Positions 43,367-53,524 are shown, counted from the first letter of the stretch. The stretch is 64,000 bases of DNA from Patescibacteria group bacterium (GCA_038062115.1 JBBTXS010000001.1:10607-74606), one strand, 5' to 3'. A program made the numbers and translations. The notes: generated from the sequence alone by a model not told the origin.

Positions 43367-44121
43367 TAAGCGCCATAATATTGACTAAAAATGAAGAAAA
43401 AAATATTGTTGATTGTTTAGAATCACTTAAGTGGTGCGATGAGATTGTTATAATTGATGATAATTCAGAAGATAGAACTGTCGAAATTGCTCAAAAGTTT
43501 GGGGCGAAAATTTTTAAACATTCCCTTGATGATGATTTTTCCAAACAGAGAAACTTTGGTCTTAAAAAAGCAAAAGGAGATTGGATTTTATTTATCGATG
43601 CCGATGAAAGAATAGCAGAAGAATTAAAAAACGAAATAGAGAACGTGATTTCATCACAAATTCTGCTCCAGCAAAATCTGCGCGGTTTTTATATACGAAG
43701 AACTGACATTTTGTGGGGGAAAAAATTGAAACATGGAGAGACTGGAAACATAAAATTATTAAGACTGGCGAAAAAGAATTTTGGAAAGTGGGAAGATAAG
43801 GTTCATGAGAGATGGAGAGTAAAAGGTCCTGTTGGTGAACTAAAAAATCCGCTAATTCATTGTCCACATCAAACCATAAGTGAATATCTTACAGAAATTA
43901 ATTTTTATACAGATATAAGAGCAAATGAATTGCACAAAGAAGGTGTACGTATATATTGGATGTCAATAATTTTGTATCCAGCAGGAAAATTTATGTTAAA
44001 TTATTTCATCAAAAAGGGGGTTCTTGATGGGCTCCCTGGTCTAATTGTTGCAATACTTATGTCGTTTCATTCGTTTCTAGTAAGAGGTAAATTATGGTTT
44101 ATGAATAGTAAAAATGAATAA
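43363..44121 (+). CDS. Glycosyltransferase family 2 with C-terminal membrane anchor
   Basis: ISAIILTKNEEKNIVDCLESL, IIDDNSEDRT and IDADE are present, with two C-terminal hydrophobic helices. An ATGA overlap joins it to the upstream gene. Confidence 0.8.
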   Translation: MISAIILTKNEEKNIVDCLESLKWCDEIVIIDDNSEDRTVEIAQKFGAKIFKHSLDDDFSKQRNFGLKKAKGDWILFIDADERIAEELKNEIENVISSQILLQQNLRGFYIRRTDILWGKKLKHGETGNIKLLRLAKKNFGKWEDKVHERWRVKGPVGELKNPLIHCPHQTISEYLTEINFYTDIRANELHKEGVRIYWMSIILYPAGKFMLNYFIKKGVLDGLPGLIVAILMSFHSFLVRGKLWFMNSKNE

Positions 44122-45604
44122 GTGGTTTATCGTTCTTTTGATTTTTCTTTTTTCAACTATATTAAGATTATGGAATCTTAATCAAATGGGAAGAACATGG
44201 GACGAGGGCGCATATGTAGAGATGGGTTATCGATTTGTTCAACTTATTCAAAAAGGTGATTTTACAAATAGTTATTGGTACAAAACTTCAGATGCCCCTC
44301 CTTTTGCAAGATATGTATATGGTTTAGTTGGGCAGCTTGATATTTCCCATTATGACTATACTTTTAGTAGATTGGTGTCAGTTCTTCTTTCCTCACTTTC
44401 AACTGCGATAGTAACTTTAATCGGTTGGAAATATGTGTCTTCCTTCGTGGGAATAACAGCAGGTTTAATCTTTGCGACGTTGCCATTTTTTTTAGGTTTT
44501 TCGCAACTTGCTACTCTAGAAAGCTTTATTATGTTTTTCTTCACAGCATCCGTATATTATTTCCTCGATTTTCTTGAAAACCTTTCACTTAAAAAGATGA
44601 TTATAACAGGAGTATTAATAGGGTTTTCATTGTTAACAAAATATACCAATATATTACTTTTACCCCTTTTTATCTTGATCTATTTACTTTGGTATTTCCA
44701 TGTAGGGAGGAATAGAGGTTATAAAAGACTCAACTATAAATTGGTCGGGATATTTATCACCGCGTTAATTACTTTCTTTCTTCTATGGCCTATGCCATGG
44801 CTCCATTTAAAAGAAGTGATAAATTTTAATTATGAATGGCGGATTATTGGATCAAAACATTCAGTTCCTGAAGTTTTTTTTGGAAGATTAATGTTAACAC
44901 CTAAAATTTATTATATTGTGCATTTTTTAATTACTACGCCCCTGATTATATTAGGACTATTTTTTGTAGGTTTAAAAAACATCTCAGATAAAAAAAAGTG
45001 GGTTTTATATGCTTTAGTTGCTTGGTTTGTATTACCGTTTGCTCAATCATTATATAATTTTCGCCAACACGGAATTCGCTATATCATCGAAATTTATGCT
45101 CCTTTTTCGCTAATTGCAGCTATTGGTTTTGATTATCTTGTAAGTAAATTCACAAAAAGTATAAAGACAAAAGTTTTGTATCTTATTCCAGTTGTTATCT
45201 ATATGTTGATAATACTTATTAAAATTACCCCCTACTATCTTGATTATTTTAATATCTTGGTCGGAGGAGCAAAAGGAGTTTATGAAAAACGGTTGTTTCA
45301 ACTAGGATGGTGGGGTCAGGGAATAAAAGAGGCAGTGTTATATGTTGCTAAAAATGCTCGTACTAACGCAAGAGTTGGCCTTGCAGTAGAACCATTAACA
45401 AGTGTTCCGCCAATAAAACATCTTAAGATGTATAGTTTTGAGAAAGATAAAGCATACGATTATGTATTGGTTAGTTATTTTATGATAGTTAGGGAAGGAT
45501 TCGATGATAGTTCAATAAAGAAAAACTATAATCTTGTTCACTCAGTTTCTGCGGATGGAGCCTCCCTTATAGATGTATACAAACGTAAGGTAGGCAACAT
45601 GTGA
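44114..45604 (+). CDS. GT-C fold glycosyltransferase (PMT/ArnT-like, GT39/GT83-type)
   Basis: A polytopic protein whose first extracytoplasmic loop carries WDEGAY (a DE motif). Confidence 0.7.
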   Translation: MNKWFIVLLIFLFSTILRLWNLNQMGRTWDEGAYVEMGYRFVQLIQKGDFTNSYWYKTSDAPPFARYVYGLVGQLDISHYDYTFSRLVSVLLSSLSTAIVTLIGWKYVSSFVGITAGLIFATLPFFLGFSQLATLESFIMFFFTASVYYFLDFLENLSLKKMIITGVLIGFSLLTKYTNILLLPLFILIYLLWYFHVGRNRGYKRLNYKLVGIFITALITFFLLWPMPWLHLKEVINFNYEWRIIGSKHSVPEVFFGRLMLTPKIYYIVHFLITTPLIILGLFFVGLKNISDKKKWVLYALVAWFVLPFAQSLYNFRQHGIRYIIEIYAPFSLIAAIGFDYLVSKFTKSIKTKVLYLIPVVIYMLIILIKITPYYLDYFNILVGGAKGVYEKRLFQLGWWGQGIKEAVLYVAKNARTNARVGLAVEPLTSVPPIKHLKMYSFEKDKAYDYVLVSYFMIVREGFDDSSIKKNYNLVHSVSADGASLIDVYKRKVGNM

Positions 45605-45651
45605 TTCTTTAGTTGTATAAAGTTCAGTTTTAATGATATCATACTAGCTAA

Positions 45652-46698
45652 ATGAAAATTGAGTACAAAAAAGTTATCGAGAGAAAAACTCTACTCATAA
45701 CTGGTGGAACTGGGTCTTTTGGCAATAGCGTTGTTGGAAAACTTCTGGAATACAATCCTAAAAAGATCATAATTTTTAGCAGGGACGAAAAGAAACAACT
45801 TGATATGAGGAATAAATACGCGAGTCAGTTACTAAAATTTGTAATTGGTGATGTCCGAGATAAAGAAAGTATTGAAAAGGCTATAGACGGAGTAGATTAC
45901 GTATTTCATGCTGCAGCCCTGAAACAAGTCCCAACCTGTGAGTTTTTTCCACTTGAAGCAATAAAAACGAATGTTTTGGGTACTTATAATGTTATTAACT
46001 TAGCAATGCATCACAAAGTTAAGAAAGTTGTAATACTTAGTACAGATAAAGCAGTGTATCCAATAAATGTGGTTGGTATGACAAAGGCACTAGTGGAAAA
46101 AGTCATGATAGCAGAGTCAAAAAACTACACTGATTTAGGCAAGACTGATACGGTAGTATGTTGTGTTAGATATGGAAATGTTCTCTATACCAGGGGATCA
46201 GTTTTGCCATATTTCGTGTCTATTTTTAAGGAAAATAAAAAGTTGCCAGTTACACATCCGAATATGACTCGTTTTTTGCTACCGTTAATAGACGCTGTTG
46301 ATTTAGTGCTCTATGTTCTTTCAAATGGAGAAAATGGGCATATTTATGTGAGAAAGTCCCCAGCGTGCACCTTAAAAACTCTGGCTGAGTCTGTCTGTAA
46401 GATTTTTAATTATAAAAAAGGGTACGAAGAAGTTGGAGTACGAGCAGGTGAAAAAATGCATGAGACTTTAGTAACAAAGGAAGAGCTATTAAGAACGGGA
46501 GAATCTTCACGCTACTTTAAAATACCTCCTGAAAGTCAAGGGCTTGATTATAACAAATACTTTTATAGAGGAGACATAGATATAGAGAGTATTAAGCCCT
46601 ATACCTCTGAAAACACAAAAAGACTCAACGTTTTAGAAACTGTTAGGATTTTATTAAAACTTCCTGAGATACAGCACGAGTTGAAATTAAGGAAGTAA
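45652..46698 (+). CDS. UDP-GlcNAc 4,6-dehydratase, CapE/FnlA-like
   Basis: LLITGGTGSFGN, STDKAV, YGNV..TRGSV and MTRFLLPLIDAVDLVLYVL resemble the CapD/FnlA/PseB family, closest by motif to FnlA/CapE. Confidence 0.75.
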   Translation: MKIEYKKVIERKTLLITGGTGSFGNSVVGKLLEYNPKKIIIFSRDEKKQLDMRNKYASQLLKFVIGDVRDKESIEKAIDGVDYVFHAAALKQVPTCEFFPLEAIKTNVLGTYNVINLAMHHKVKKVVILSTDKAVYPINVVGMTKALVEKVMIAESKNYTDLGKTDTVVCCVRYGNVLYTRGSVLPYFVSIFKENKKLPVTHPNMTRFLLPLIDAVDLVLYVLSNGENGHIYVRKSPACTLKTLAESVCKIFNYKKGYEEVGVRAGEKMHETLVTKEELLRTGESSRYFKIPPESQGLDYNKYFYRGDIDIESIKPYTSENTKRLNVLETVRILLKLPEIQHELKLRK

Positions 46699-47421
46699 AA
46701 AGGCTTTGAATGCGTACTTAAAGTAATCGCGGAAAATTCTAAAATTATACTTGAAATGGGATTTAGAATTAGTTCTTGGGGTTAATGTATATGGTATTTC
46801 TTTAAAACGAGAGTGTTTTTTTTTAAGATAGTACAATTCCTCCAAGATTATAGAAAAACTTTTTTCTTTAAATTTAATTCCTTTCAAGAGTTCTAACCTG
46901 ACCATTCTAAATCCATTGGTACAATCTTTTATTCCAACATTAAAAAGTAGTGATGCTATGTAATTGCCGATTATAGAAATTAATTGTCTAAAATAGGGGA
47001 CGTTAACGACTTTTCCTCCTTTAATGTAGCGCGATGCTTTAACACAGTCTATATCCTCTGACATAACTTTTATAAAGTCAACTATATATTTAGGTGGGTT
47101 AGTAAGGTCAGAATCCATTGTGAGATAAAATTTGTATCTCTCTTTAATAGCATACGAAATTCCTGTCTGAAGAGCTGCACCATATCCATTATTCTTTTTA
47201 TGACTTAGAATAACTAATTGATTTTTATATTGTTTTTTTTTATTTTTAAGTAGATCGGCGGTTTTATCTATACTTCCGTCATCAACAATTATTAATTTTA
47301 TTTGATTTTTGATCTTGGTTATTTCTTTGATAACCTTATCGATACATGAAGAAGCAGTATTTTCTTCATTAAACATGGGGATTATTATACAAAGTAATTT
47401 ATTTTTAAATTTTGATACCAT
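46687..47421 (-). CDS. GT2 polyprenol-phosphate glycosyltransferase (DPM1/GtrB/CsbB-like)
   Basis: LCIIIPMFNEE, IIVDDGSIDKT and MDSDL are present. The start is set at Met42 of the ORF-track ORF (47421), because the extension overlaps the upstream epimerase gene. Confidence 0.75.
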   Translation of the reverse strand: MVSKFKNKLLCIIIPMFNEENTASSCIDKVIKEITKIKNQIKLIIVDDGSIDKTADLLKNKKKQYKNQLVILSHKKNNGYGAALQTGISYAIKERYKFYLTMDSDLTNPPKYIVDFIKVMSEDIDCVKASRYIKGGKVVNVPYFRQLISIIGNYIASLLFNVGIKDCTNGFRMVRLELLKGIKFKEKSFSIILEELYYLKKKHSRFKEIPYTLTPRTNSKSHFKYNFRIFRDYFKYAFKAFLLP

Positions 47422-48595
47422 CTTCCATAAAAGAATGCTGTATAGGCAAATGATTATCTTCTGGTAGGTGACCACGAAGCCGATTCTCTCGCAGCCGCTT
47501 AACAATATCCTCGGCAATTTCTTGTGTTCCATTTCTGCTCCCAAATGGCTGGTGCCACTTGGTCACTGTTATTTTCTCAAGCTTTTTAAAAATAATTTCA
47601 GGCGTGTATTTTTCCGATTTGTCTGGGTCAAATTTTACTGCAGAACGGATATCATAAACCTGTGGCCGTTCCGTTGCTTTTCTAATATTGATACAGGGAA
47701 TATTGAGAATGCAGGCTTCTTCATTAACTGTTCCAGAATCAGTAATAATTGCTTTAGCATGGGTCATAAGAATAAGAATTTTTTCGTATCCTATTGGGTC
47801 GGTCATGATGAGGTTTTTTGGAAGCTTTTGTTTCATTTCTTTTATGACAGCTTGTGTTCGGTAACTTGCAGCAAAATAAACAGTATGCTTGGCGTGTTCA
47901 ATTAGATTCAAAATAGCCAGGAATGACTTTTGTATATGGACATTTTCTCTTCTATGGCAGGTCATAAAATAATAATTGTTTTTTTGTAGTCCTCTTTTGG
48001 CAAAAAATTCTTCAGTTGCCATTTTCTCCAATTTTACTTTTTTACTAAAATAAAATCTTTCCAAGATATCAATGCCAGGATGTCCGGTAACCACAATATA
48101 TTTGGGATTAAGTCCTTCTGCGATACCTTGGTCTTTATACCCTTGCGCATATGTATAGATTACATCAGCAAGATGGTCAGCAAGCGTTCTATATTTTTCC
48201 TCAGGTAACCGCCAATCATACGAGTGCCAGCATCCTTCGATATGAAGAATTGGGATATTCAATTGAGCTGCAGCAATGCAACCAACTACAGTATTGGTAT
48301 CTCCCAAAAATACTACAGCATCGGGTTTGATTTTATGTAACACTGGGTACAATGAAGCAATAGCTTTTGATGCAACTTCTGCATCTGTCTCTCCTTTGCA
48401 ATCAAGCTCTATGTCTGGCTTTTTGACATGAAGTTCTTTAAAAAATACGCCTTTTAAATTATCTGAGTAATGCTGACCAGACCAAATAAGAATCAAATCA
48501 ACATCTTTTGCTTTTTGAAGATGCTCCAATATGAGTACTGCGCGAATAAGTTCTGCTCGTGTTCCCAAAACAAATGCTAATTTATGTTTTTTCAT
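47405..48595 (-). CDS. UDP-N-acetylglucosamine 2-epimerase (non-hydrolysing type, WecB/FnlC-like)
   Basis: VLGTRAELIR, ILHIEGC...LPEEKYR and VTGHPGIDIL blocks match the epimerase_2 family. Confidence 0.8.
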   Translation of the reverse strand: MKKHKLAFVLGTRAELIRAVLILEHLQKAKDVDLILIWSGQHYSDNLKGVFFKELHVKKPDIELDCKGETDAEVASKAIASLYPVLHKIKPDAVVFLGDTNTVVGCIAAAQLNIPILHIEGCWHSYDWRLPEEKYRTLADHLADVIYTYAQGYKDQGIAEGLNPKYIVVTGHPGIDILERFYFSKKVKLEKMATEEFFAKRGLQKNNYYFMTCHRRENVHIQKSFLAILNLIEHAKHTVYFAASYRTQAVIKEMKQKLPKNLIMTDPIGYEKILILMTHAKAIITDSGTVNEEACILNIPCINIRKATERPQVYDIRSAVKFDPDKSEKYTPEIIFKKLEKITVTKWHQPFGSRNGTQEIAEDIVKRLRENRLRGHLPEDNHLPIQHSFMEDGIKI

Positions 48596-49461
48596 ATAAG
48601 TTCTTTCTCAAAATCAAGTAATTCTTTGAGCGCTTGGGGCAATGATCTAGTATATTTATTTAGAGTTGATGAGTCAAGATAATAACTACTAAGTGCTCGA
48701 GAAATTTTTTTACCGTGTGATTTTTCAACAACTTTTGAGGAGCGAATAAGTTGTAAAAATTCTTTAATGATTCTGAATTTCGTAACAGGCCCAACAGGTG
48801 CAAAATGATAAATGTTAGATTGTTTTGATAATTCAGAAAATCTGTTGTTTTGAATAATATACTTGCATAGGGTGGCAAACTGGCAAGTTGTGCAACCTGT
48901 CCAGATTTGATTTGTAAATCCACGTAATTTTTTCTGCTTTGCTCTTTTTGCCCATTCCAATATTCCTTTATGTTTTATTGGATCAAGTCCGATGATTGAT
49001 GTTCGAATATTCAAGGCATTAGGAACGCGTAATTCCCCAAGCAATTTACTTATTCCGTAATTACTATCAGCAGATGCAGGAGATATCTCATCTACTTTTC
49101 CAGCTAAAGAGGAAAATACCGCATCAGATGAAACGTGAATAATTTTAAAGTTATGCTTTTTTGATAATTCGAGTAAAATGTGAGGGAAAAGAGAGTTAAT
49201 ATGAATTAATTTGCTTGTAGGTGCATTTTGCTCAACAATTCCTATACAATTTATAACAAAATCAATCTTTTTTAATTTTTTTTGAATAATTTCAAAATCT
49301 TTTTTAGTAAATTGTGCACGGAATAAAAACAAGTTTTTTTTTATTTCACTTTTGTTTCTTGTTGTACCAAAAATCGAATTTGGAAAATAATTTTTTAAAA
49401 ATCTAAAGACTATTCTTCCGGTCATTCCTTTTGCTCCAAGCACAACGACTTTATCTTTCAT
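48592..49461 (-). CDS. RmlD-like NAD(P)-dependent sugar reductase (SDR)
   Basis: VVVLGAKGMTGRIV is the Rossmann motif, with SSDAVF and YGISK (YxxxK). It is 289 aa. Confidence 0.65.
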   Translation of the reverse strand: MKDKVVVLGAKGMTGRIVFRFLKNYFPNSIFGTTRNKSEIKKNLFLFRAQFTKKDFEIIQKKLKKIDFVINCIGIVEQNAPTSKLIHINSLFPHILLELSKKHNFKIIHVSSDAVFSSLAGKVDEISPASADSNYGISKLLGELRVPNALNIRTSIIGLDPIKHKGILEWAKRAKQKKLRGFTNQIWTGCTTCQFATLCKYIIQNNRFSELSKQSNIYHFAPVGPVTKFRIIKEFLQLIRSSKVVEKSHGKKISRALSSYYLDSSTLNKYTRSLPQALKELLDFEKELI

Positions 49462-50729
49462 AAGCTAATTATTTTTACCTTTGGTAATGGGATAATAAAT
49501 TTTAGTTTATTTTTTAGATTAATGTTTCTTTTTTTTATTTCATTAATAAATGACCAAGCAAACAACAAGATATAGTTAGGTTTACTCTTATGAAGTTTTT
49601 TTAATGAAGGATAAATTTTTAAATGTGTTCCGGGAGTAAAAGCATATTGCTTTGCTGGTGAGTCATCCACTATATAATCAAGATATTTTTTATCAATTCC
49701 ACAATAATTCATAATAATTGTAGCTCTTCCAGATGCCCCATATCCTACAATTTTCATTTTTTTTTGTTTTAGATTATTAAGAATTTTGAGAAGACCGTTT
49801 TTTTGTTTGGTTATTTTTTTTGCTAACTTTGCGAAAGTTTCAGCTTTGTGTAGGCATTGTTCCTTTTCTTTTCTAATAAGCTTATTAATTTTTTCTGAGA
49901 CAGCATTTTTTCCAGTCCTTTTATTTTGCAGATAATACATTATTGACCCTCCATGTAATTTTGCAAATTTTATATCAAATATTTCCATCTTATGCATTTC
50001 AAAGAACTTTTGCAGAGTAAGTAAAGAATAGTAATATTGATGCTCATGATATATCATGTCATATTGTGTTTTTCTAGCAAGATTTGCTAAGTAATGTACT
50101 TGAAAAGCTAAAATTCCATCTTTTTTTAGAAGTAGTTTTATTCCGCGGACTATATCATGCATGTCTTGGATATGTGCAAAAGTGTTAAAGCTATAAATTG
50201 CATCTACCTTGCCATATTTACCATTGATTTCTTTTGCAAGTTTTTGGGTAAAGTACGCATTAATTATTGGTAGACCTTTTTCAATTAATGGTTTTACAAT
50301 ATTTGTTGCGGGATCAACTCCTAAAGCTTTGTAGCCATTTTTTATTAAAGATTTAATAAAAGATCCATCATTGCATCCGATCTCAACTATAAAGGTTTTT
50401 GAAGCATTAGGATAAAGTTTTTTAATATACTTGACGTTTTCATCGAAATAATCAACAAGAGTTTTTATAGCTGACGAATGGTAAAAATAATCTTTAAAAA
50501 TTAAATCCTTATTAATAACTGCATTAGCTTGAAGTAGATAACATTTTTTGCAAAAAATAAGTTCCAATGGATAAAATTTTTCATTCTCTAGGGTTTTTTT
50601 ACTAAGATTTTTAAGGAATTCCCCGGCAAGAGGCATTAATCCCAAATTTATAACTGGTTCAACTTGGTTACTAAAACAGAAGCGACAATAGTCGTAATAC
50701 CTATATTCGCCAATATTTTTAGGAGTCAT
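49458..50729 (-). CDS. NDP-sugar C-methyltransferase, TcaB9/TylCIII-like (paralogue 2)
   Basis: The 4-Cys motif is CRFC...CKKC, with SAM motif IVEIGCNDGS and YGASGRATI in the C-terminal domain. Confidence 0.7.
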   Translation of the reverse strand: MTPKNIGEYRYYDYCRFCFSNQVEPVINLGLMPLAGEFLKNLSKKTLENEKFYPLELIFCKKCYLLQANAVINKDLIFKDYFYHSSAIKTLVDYFDENVKYIKKLYPNASKTFIVEIGCNDGSFIKSLIKNGYKALGVDPATNIVKPLIEKGLPIINAYFTQKLAKEINGKYGKVDAIYSFNTFAHIQDMHDIVRGIKLLLKKDGILAFQVHYLANLARKTQYDMIYHEHQYYYSLLTLQKFFEMHKMEIFDIKFAKLHGGSIMYYLQNKRTGKNAVSEKINKLIRKEKEQCLHKAETFAKLAKKITKQKNGLLKILNNLKQKKMKIVGYGASGRATIIMNYCGIDKKYLDYIVDDSPAKQYAFTPGTHLKIYPSLKKLHKSKPNYILLFAWSFINEIKKRNINLKNKLKFIIPLPKVKIISL

Positions 50730-50777
50730 ACAATAATAATGTAGTATAATATAGTTTACACTTGATAATAAATCAAC

Positions 50778-51923
50778 ATGTATATAGTAGATATTAAGCG
50801 AACTCCAGTCGGAAAATTTTTGGGATCTTTATCAAATTTATCTGCACCAGAACTATCAAAGCCATTGTTCTTTTATTTTTTAAATAAATATCCATATCTT
50901 AAGAAAGGAACAGATGAAGTGATTATGGGAAATGTGCTATCTTCTGGTATTGGTTTGAATCCTGCCAGAATAGCCGCTTTTAAAAGCGGCATTAGTGAAA
51001 CCGTACCATCATATACTATAAATCATGCGTGCGCATCGGGAATGAATGCTGTAATACAAGGATTTCGTTTGATCAAAACAAATGATGCGAATCTTATTTT
51101 GGCAGGAGGAATGGAAAGTATGTCCCAGGCTCCATATCTTGTAAAAAGAGCCAGACAGGGAGCTAAAGCTGGTTCAACTGAATTGATAGATTCGCTTCAG
51201 AATGACGCATTATGCTGCAGCATAAGCAATCAAATGATGGGGAAAACAGCTGAGAATATTGCGCGAAAATATTCTATAAGCCGTGAAGAACAAGATATCT
51301 TCTCTTTGAATAGCCATAAGAAAGCATTGAAAGCGCAGAAAAAGAAAATTTTCTCTAAAGAAATTATAGAAATGAAAGAACTGCAAGCTGATGAGGAGCC
51401 GCGAAAGGATACTTCCCTTGGAAAATTGGCAAAACTTAAACCGGTTTTTAAAACTAATGGAACTGTCACAGCAGGAAATTCAAGTAGTATTAATGATGGA
51501 GCAGCTCTTGTATTATTGTCTTCGGAAAAAGGTTTAAAGAAATACAGCTTATTGCCTATTGCTCAGATTTTGGACGCAGTGTTCGTGGGATTAAAGCCGG
51601 AACTGATGGGTATGGGCCCAAAATACGCGATAGAAGAAGTACTAAAAAGAAATTCTTTAAAAATTAGGGATATTGATCTTTTTGAGATTAATGAAGCATT
51701 TGCAGCACAAGTATTGGCTGTTATGAAAGAGTTGAAAATAGATTCAAGAATTGTAAATATTTATGGAGGCGCTATCGCTCTTGGACACCCTTTAGCAATG
51801 AGTGGAGTACGGATAATTGGCAGCCTAATTGCAGGACTAAAACAAGCCAGTGGTAAGTTAGGTATTGCTAGTGTTTGCGTTGGGGGAGGGCAAGGAGCGG
51901 CAATACTTATAAAAAACATATGA
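50778..51923 (+). CDS. Acetyl-CoA C-acetyltransferase (biosynthetic thiolase)
   Basis: NHACASGMNAV (the catalytic Cys), GNSSSINDGAA, GGAIALGHPLAMSG and CVGGGQGAA are present. Confidence 0.9.
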   Translation: MYIVDIKRTPVGKFLGSLSNLSAPELSKPLFFYFLNKYPYLKKGTDEVIMGNVLSSGIGLNPARIAAFKSGISETVPSYTINHACASGMNAVIQGFRLIKTNDANLILAGGMESMSQAPYLVKRARQGAKAGSTELIDSLQNDALCCSISNQMMGKTAENIARKYSISREEQDIFSLNSHKKALKAQKKKIFSKEIIEMKELQADEEPRKDTSLGKLAKLKPVFKTNGTVTAGNSSSINDGAALVLLSSEKGLKKYSLLPIAQILDAVFVGLKPELMGMGPKYAIEEVLKRNSLKIRDIDLFEINEAFAAQVLAVMKELKIDSRIVNIYGGAIALGHPLAMSGVRIIGSLIAGLKQASGKLGIASVCVGGGQGAAILIKNI

Positions 51924-52648
51924 GACAAACAGCATTAGTAACTGGATCAAGTCGGGGAATCGGAAAAGCCATTGCTATTCGACTAGCTAAGGAAGGATAC
52001 CAGATTATATTACATGGTTTTCATTCGAGTAAAGAATTGAAAGCTACCGAAAAAGAATTGAGAACGCTCAACGCTTTGGCAATGACAATATGCTTTGATG
52101 TTTCAAAAAAAGCTGAGGTGGAGTCTAATTGCAAGTTGGTCTTGAAAAAAGTTGGGGTCGTTGATGTGTTGGTGAATAACGCCGGAATTGTCAGAGACAG
52201 AACTTTTCTCAAAATGTCAGGACAAGAATGGAATGAGGTTCTCAAAACAAATCTGTATGGCCCTTTTTATGTAACTCAACAGTTATTGCCAAAAATGCAG
52301 GAACGTGCATATGGCAGAATTATCAATATGTCCTCGATCGCGGCGAAAGGAGCATATGGAAAAACAAGCTACTCTGCCTCAAAAGCAGGCCTTATTGGTA
52401 TGACCAAGTCATTAGCTCTTGAGGTGGCAAAATACAATATTACTGTCAACGCAGTCTGTCCTGGTTACATCGATACGCATATGTCTGGTAGCATTCCTGC
52501 TAAATATCGGAAACAGTTTCTACCTCAAATTGCCTTAGGTAGGATAGGTACGCCTGAAGAAGTGGCAAGTCTTGTTGCCTATTTAGCTGGGAACGAAAGT
52601 TCATATATAACAGCTGCTGTAATTGACATTAACGGCGGATGGTTATAA
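51920..52648 (+). CDS. 3-oxoacyl reductase, FabG/PhaB-like classical SDR
   Basis: ALVTGSSRGIGKAIA, NNAG and YSASKAG are present. The start is set at ATG 51920, which overlaps the thiolase stop as ATGA (the ORF track gives 51875). Confidence 0.85.
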   Translation: MRQTALVTGSSRGIGKAIAIRLAKEGYQIILHGFHSSKELKATEKELRTLNALAMTICFDVSKKAEVESNCKLVLKKVGVVDVLVNNAGIVRDRTFLKMSGQEWNEVLKTNLYGPFYVTQQLLPKMQERAYGRIINMSSIAAKGAYGKTSYSASKAGLIGMTKSLALEVAKYNITVNAVCPGYIDTHMSGSIPAKYRKQFLPQIALGRIGTPEEVASLVAYLAGNESSYITAAVIDINGGWL

Positions 52649-53524
52649 ATTGTTAATGCTATCTCGTGAAGTTTTTAACGGCCCATTATCTACTTGAACT
52701 AAAAGATCTAAAATCTTCTGAATAAAACTTATCCTTTCACCAAAAGTATATCGTAGTGGAATGACAGGATGATTATAATGTCCTTTAAGATCAACAAAAT
52801 CAATCGCGTGAAATAAATACAGAAGATATTTATGCCTAGTTTTTAAAAAGGCTAAGATTAGTTTGCGATACCAATCACCTAAAAAATAGGCAAAGGTAGT
52901 GTGTATTGGGAGGCGAAAAAAAGGCATTACGGAAATTGGTAATTCTAACAGCTCATTGTTTCGATGCATACCTTTAGCAATAAATGGATGCTGTTGACTT
53001 AGGAGGTAACTCAAACGGCCAAAAGTTTTATATCTGTTTTTACCTCCTTTTATATTAGCATAAATACTCATTAAAATTTGAGAAAATCCTGGAATAAGAC
53101 TGGCATCGTATTTATAATTAAGTTTTTGTAAAATCGTGATTATTTCTTTGTCTTGATAATAACCCGGACCTCTAAAACCAACAGGTTCTTTTCCGCAAAT
53201 TTTTATAATCTGTTGATGGGTCTTAATGATTTGTTGCTTTTTCTGTTGATAGGACATAGTGCCGAATGAGATTGGATGATCAAAGCTGTGGTTAGCGATT
53301 TCATGTCCGATGGATAATGCTTTTTTACAAAAAGCTTGGCAAGCTTTTAATTTAAGATCTTGACCAATAACCATAAACGTTGCTTTTGATTGGGATTTTT
53401 TTAATAGATTAAGAAGTACAGGTAAAGCCTGAGAATAAATATATTCCTGATCTTTGTTGATTTTGATATTAAATTCCTTTTCATAAACCCAAAAATTGTC
53501 AACGTCAACATGAAGATTAATCAT
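52643..53524 (-). CDS. Polysaccharide deacetylase family protein (CE4-like)
   Basis: The N-terminal LHVDVDN and the HEIANHSFDHP metal-binding block support the call. Confidence 0.65.
   Translation of the reverse strand: MINLHVDVDNFWVYEKEFNIKINKDQEYIYSQALPVLLNLLKKSQSKATFMVIGQDLKLKACQAFCKKALSIGHEIANHSFDHPISFGTMSYQQKKQQIIKTHQQIIKICGKEPVGFRGPGYYQDKEIITILQKLNYKYDASLIPGFSQILMSIYANIKGGKNRYKTFGRLSYLLSQQHPFIAKGMHRNNELLELPISVMPFFRLPIHTTFAYFLGDWYRKLILAFLKTRHKYLLYLFHAIDFVDLKGHYNHPVIPLRYTFGERISFIQKILDLLVQVDNGPLKTSRDSINNL

Noticed and set aside
47422-47544. 41-codon N-terminal extension of the DPM1-like GT2 (ORF 46687..47544)
   Set aside because: It lies entirely within the 3' end of the upstream epimerase gene in another frame. 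The conserved GT2 start (LCIIIPMFNEE) follows Met42.
51875-51919. 15-codon extension of the FabG-like gene
   Set aside because: It overlaps the thiolase C-terminus. ATG 51920 forms a typical ATGA coupling and precedes the TGSSRGIG Rossmann motif at the normal distance.
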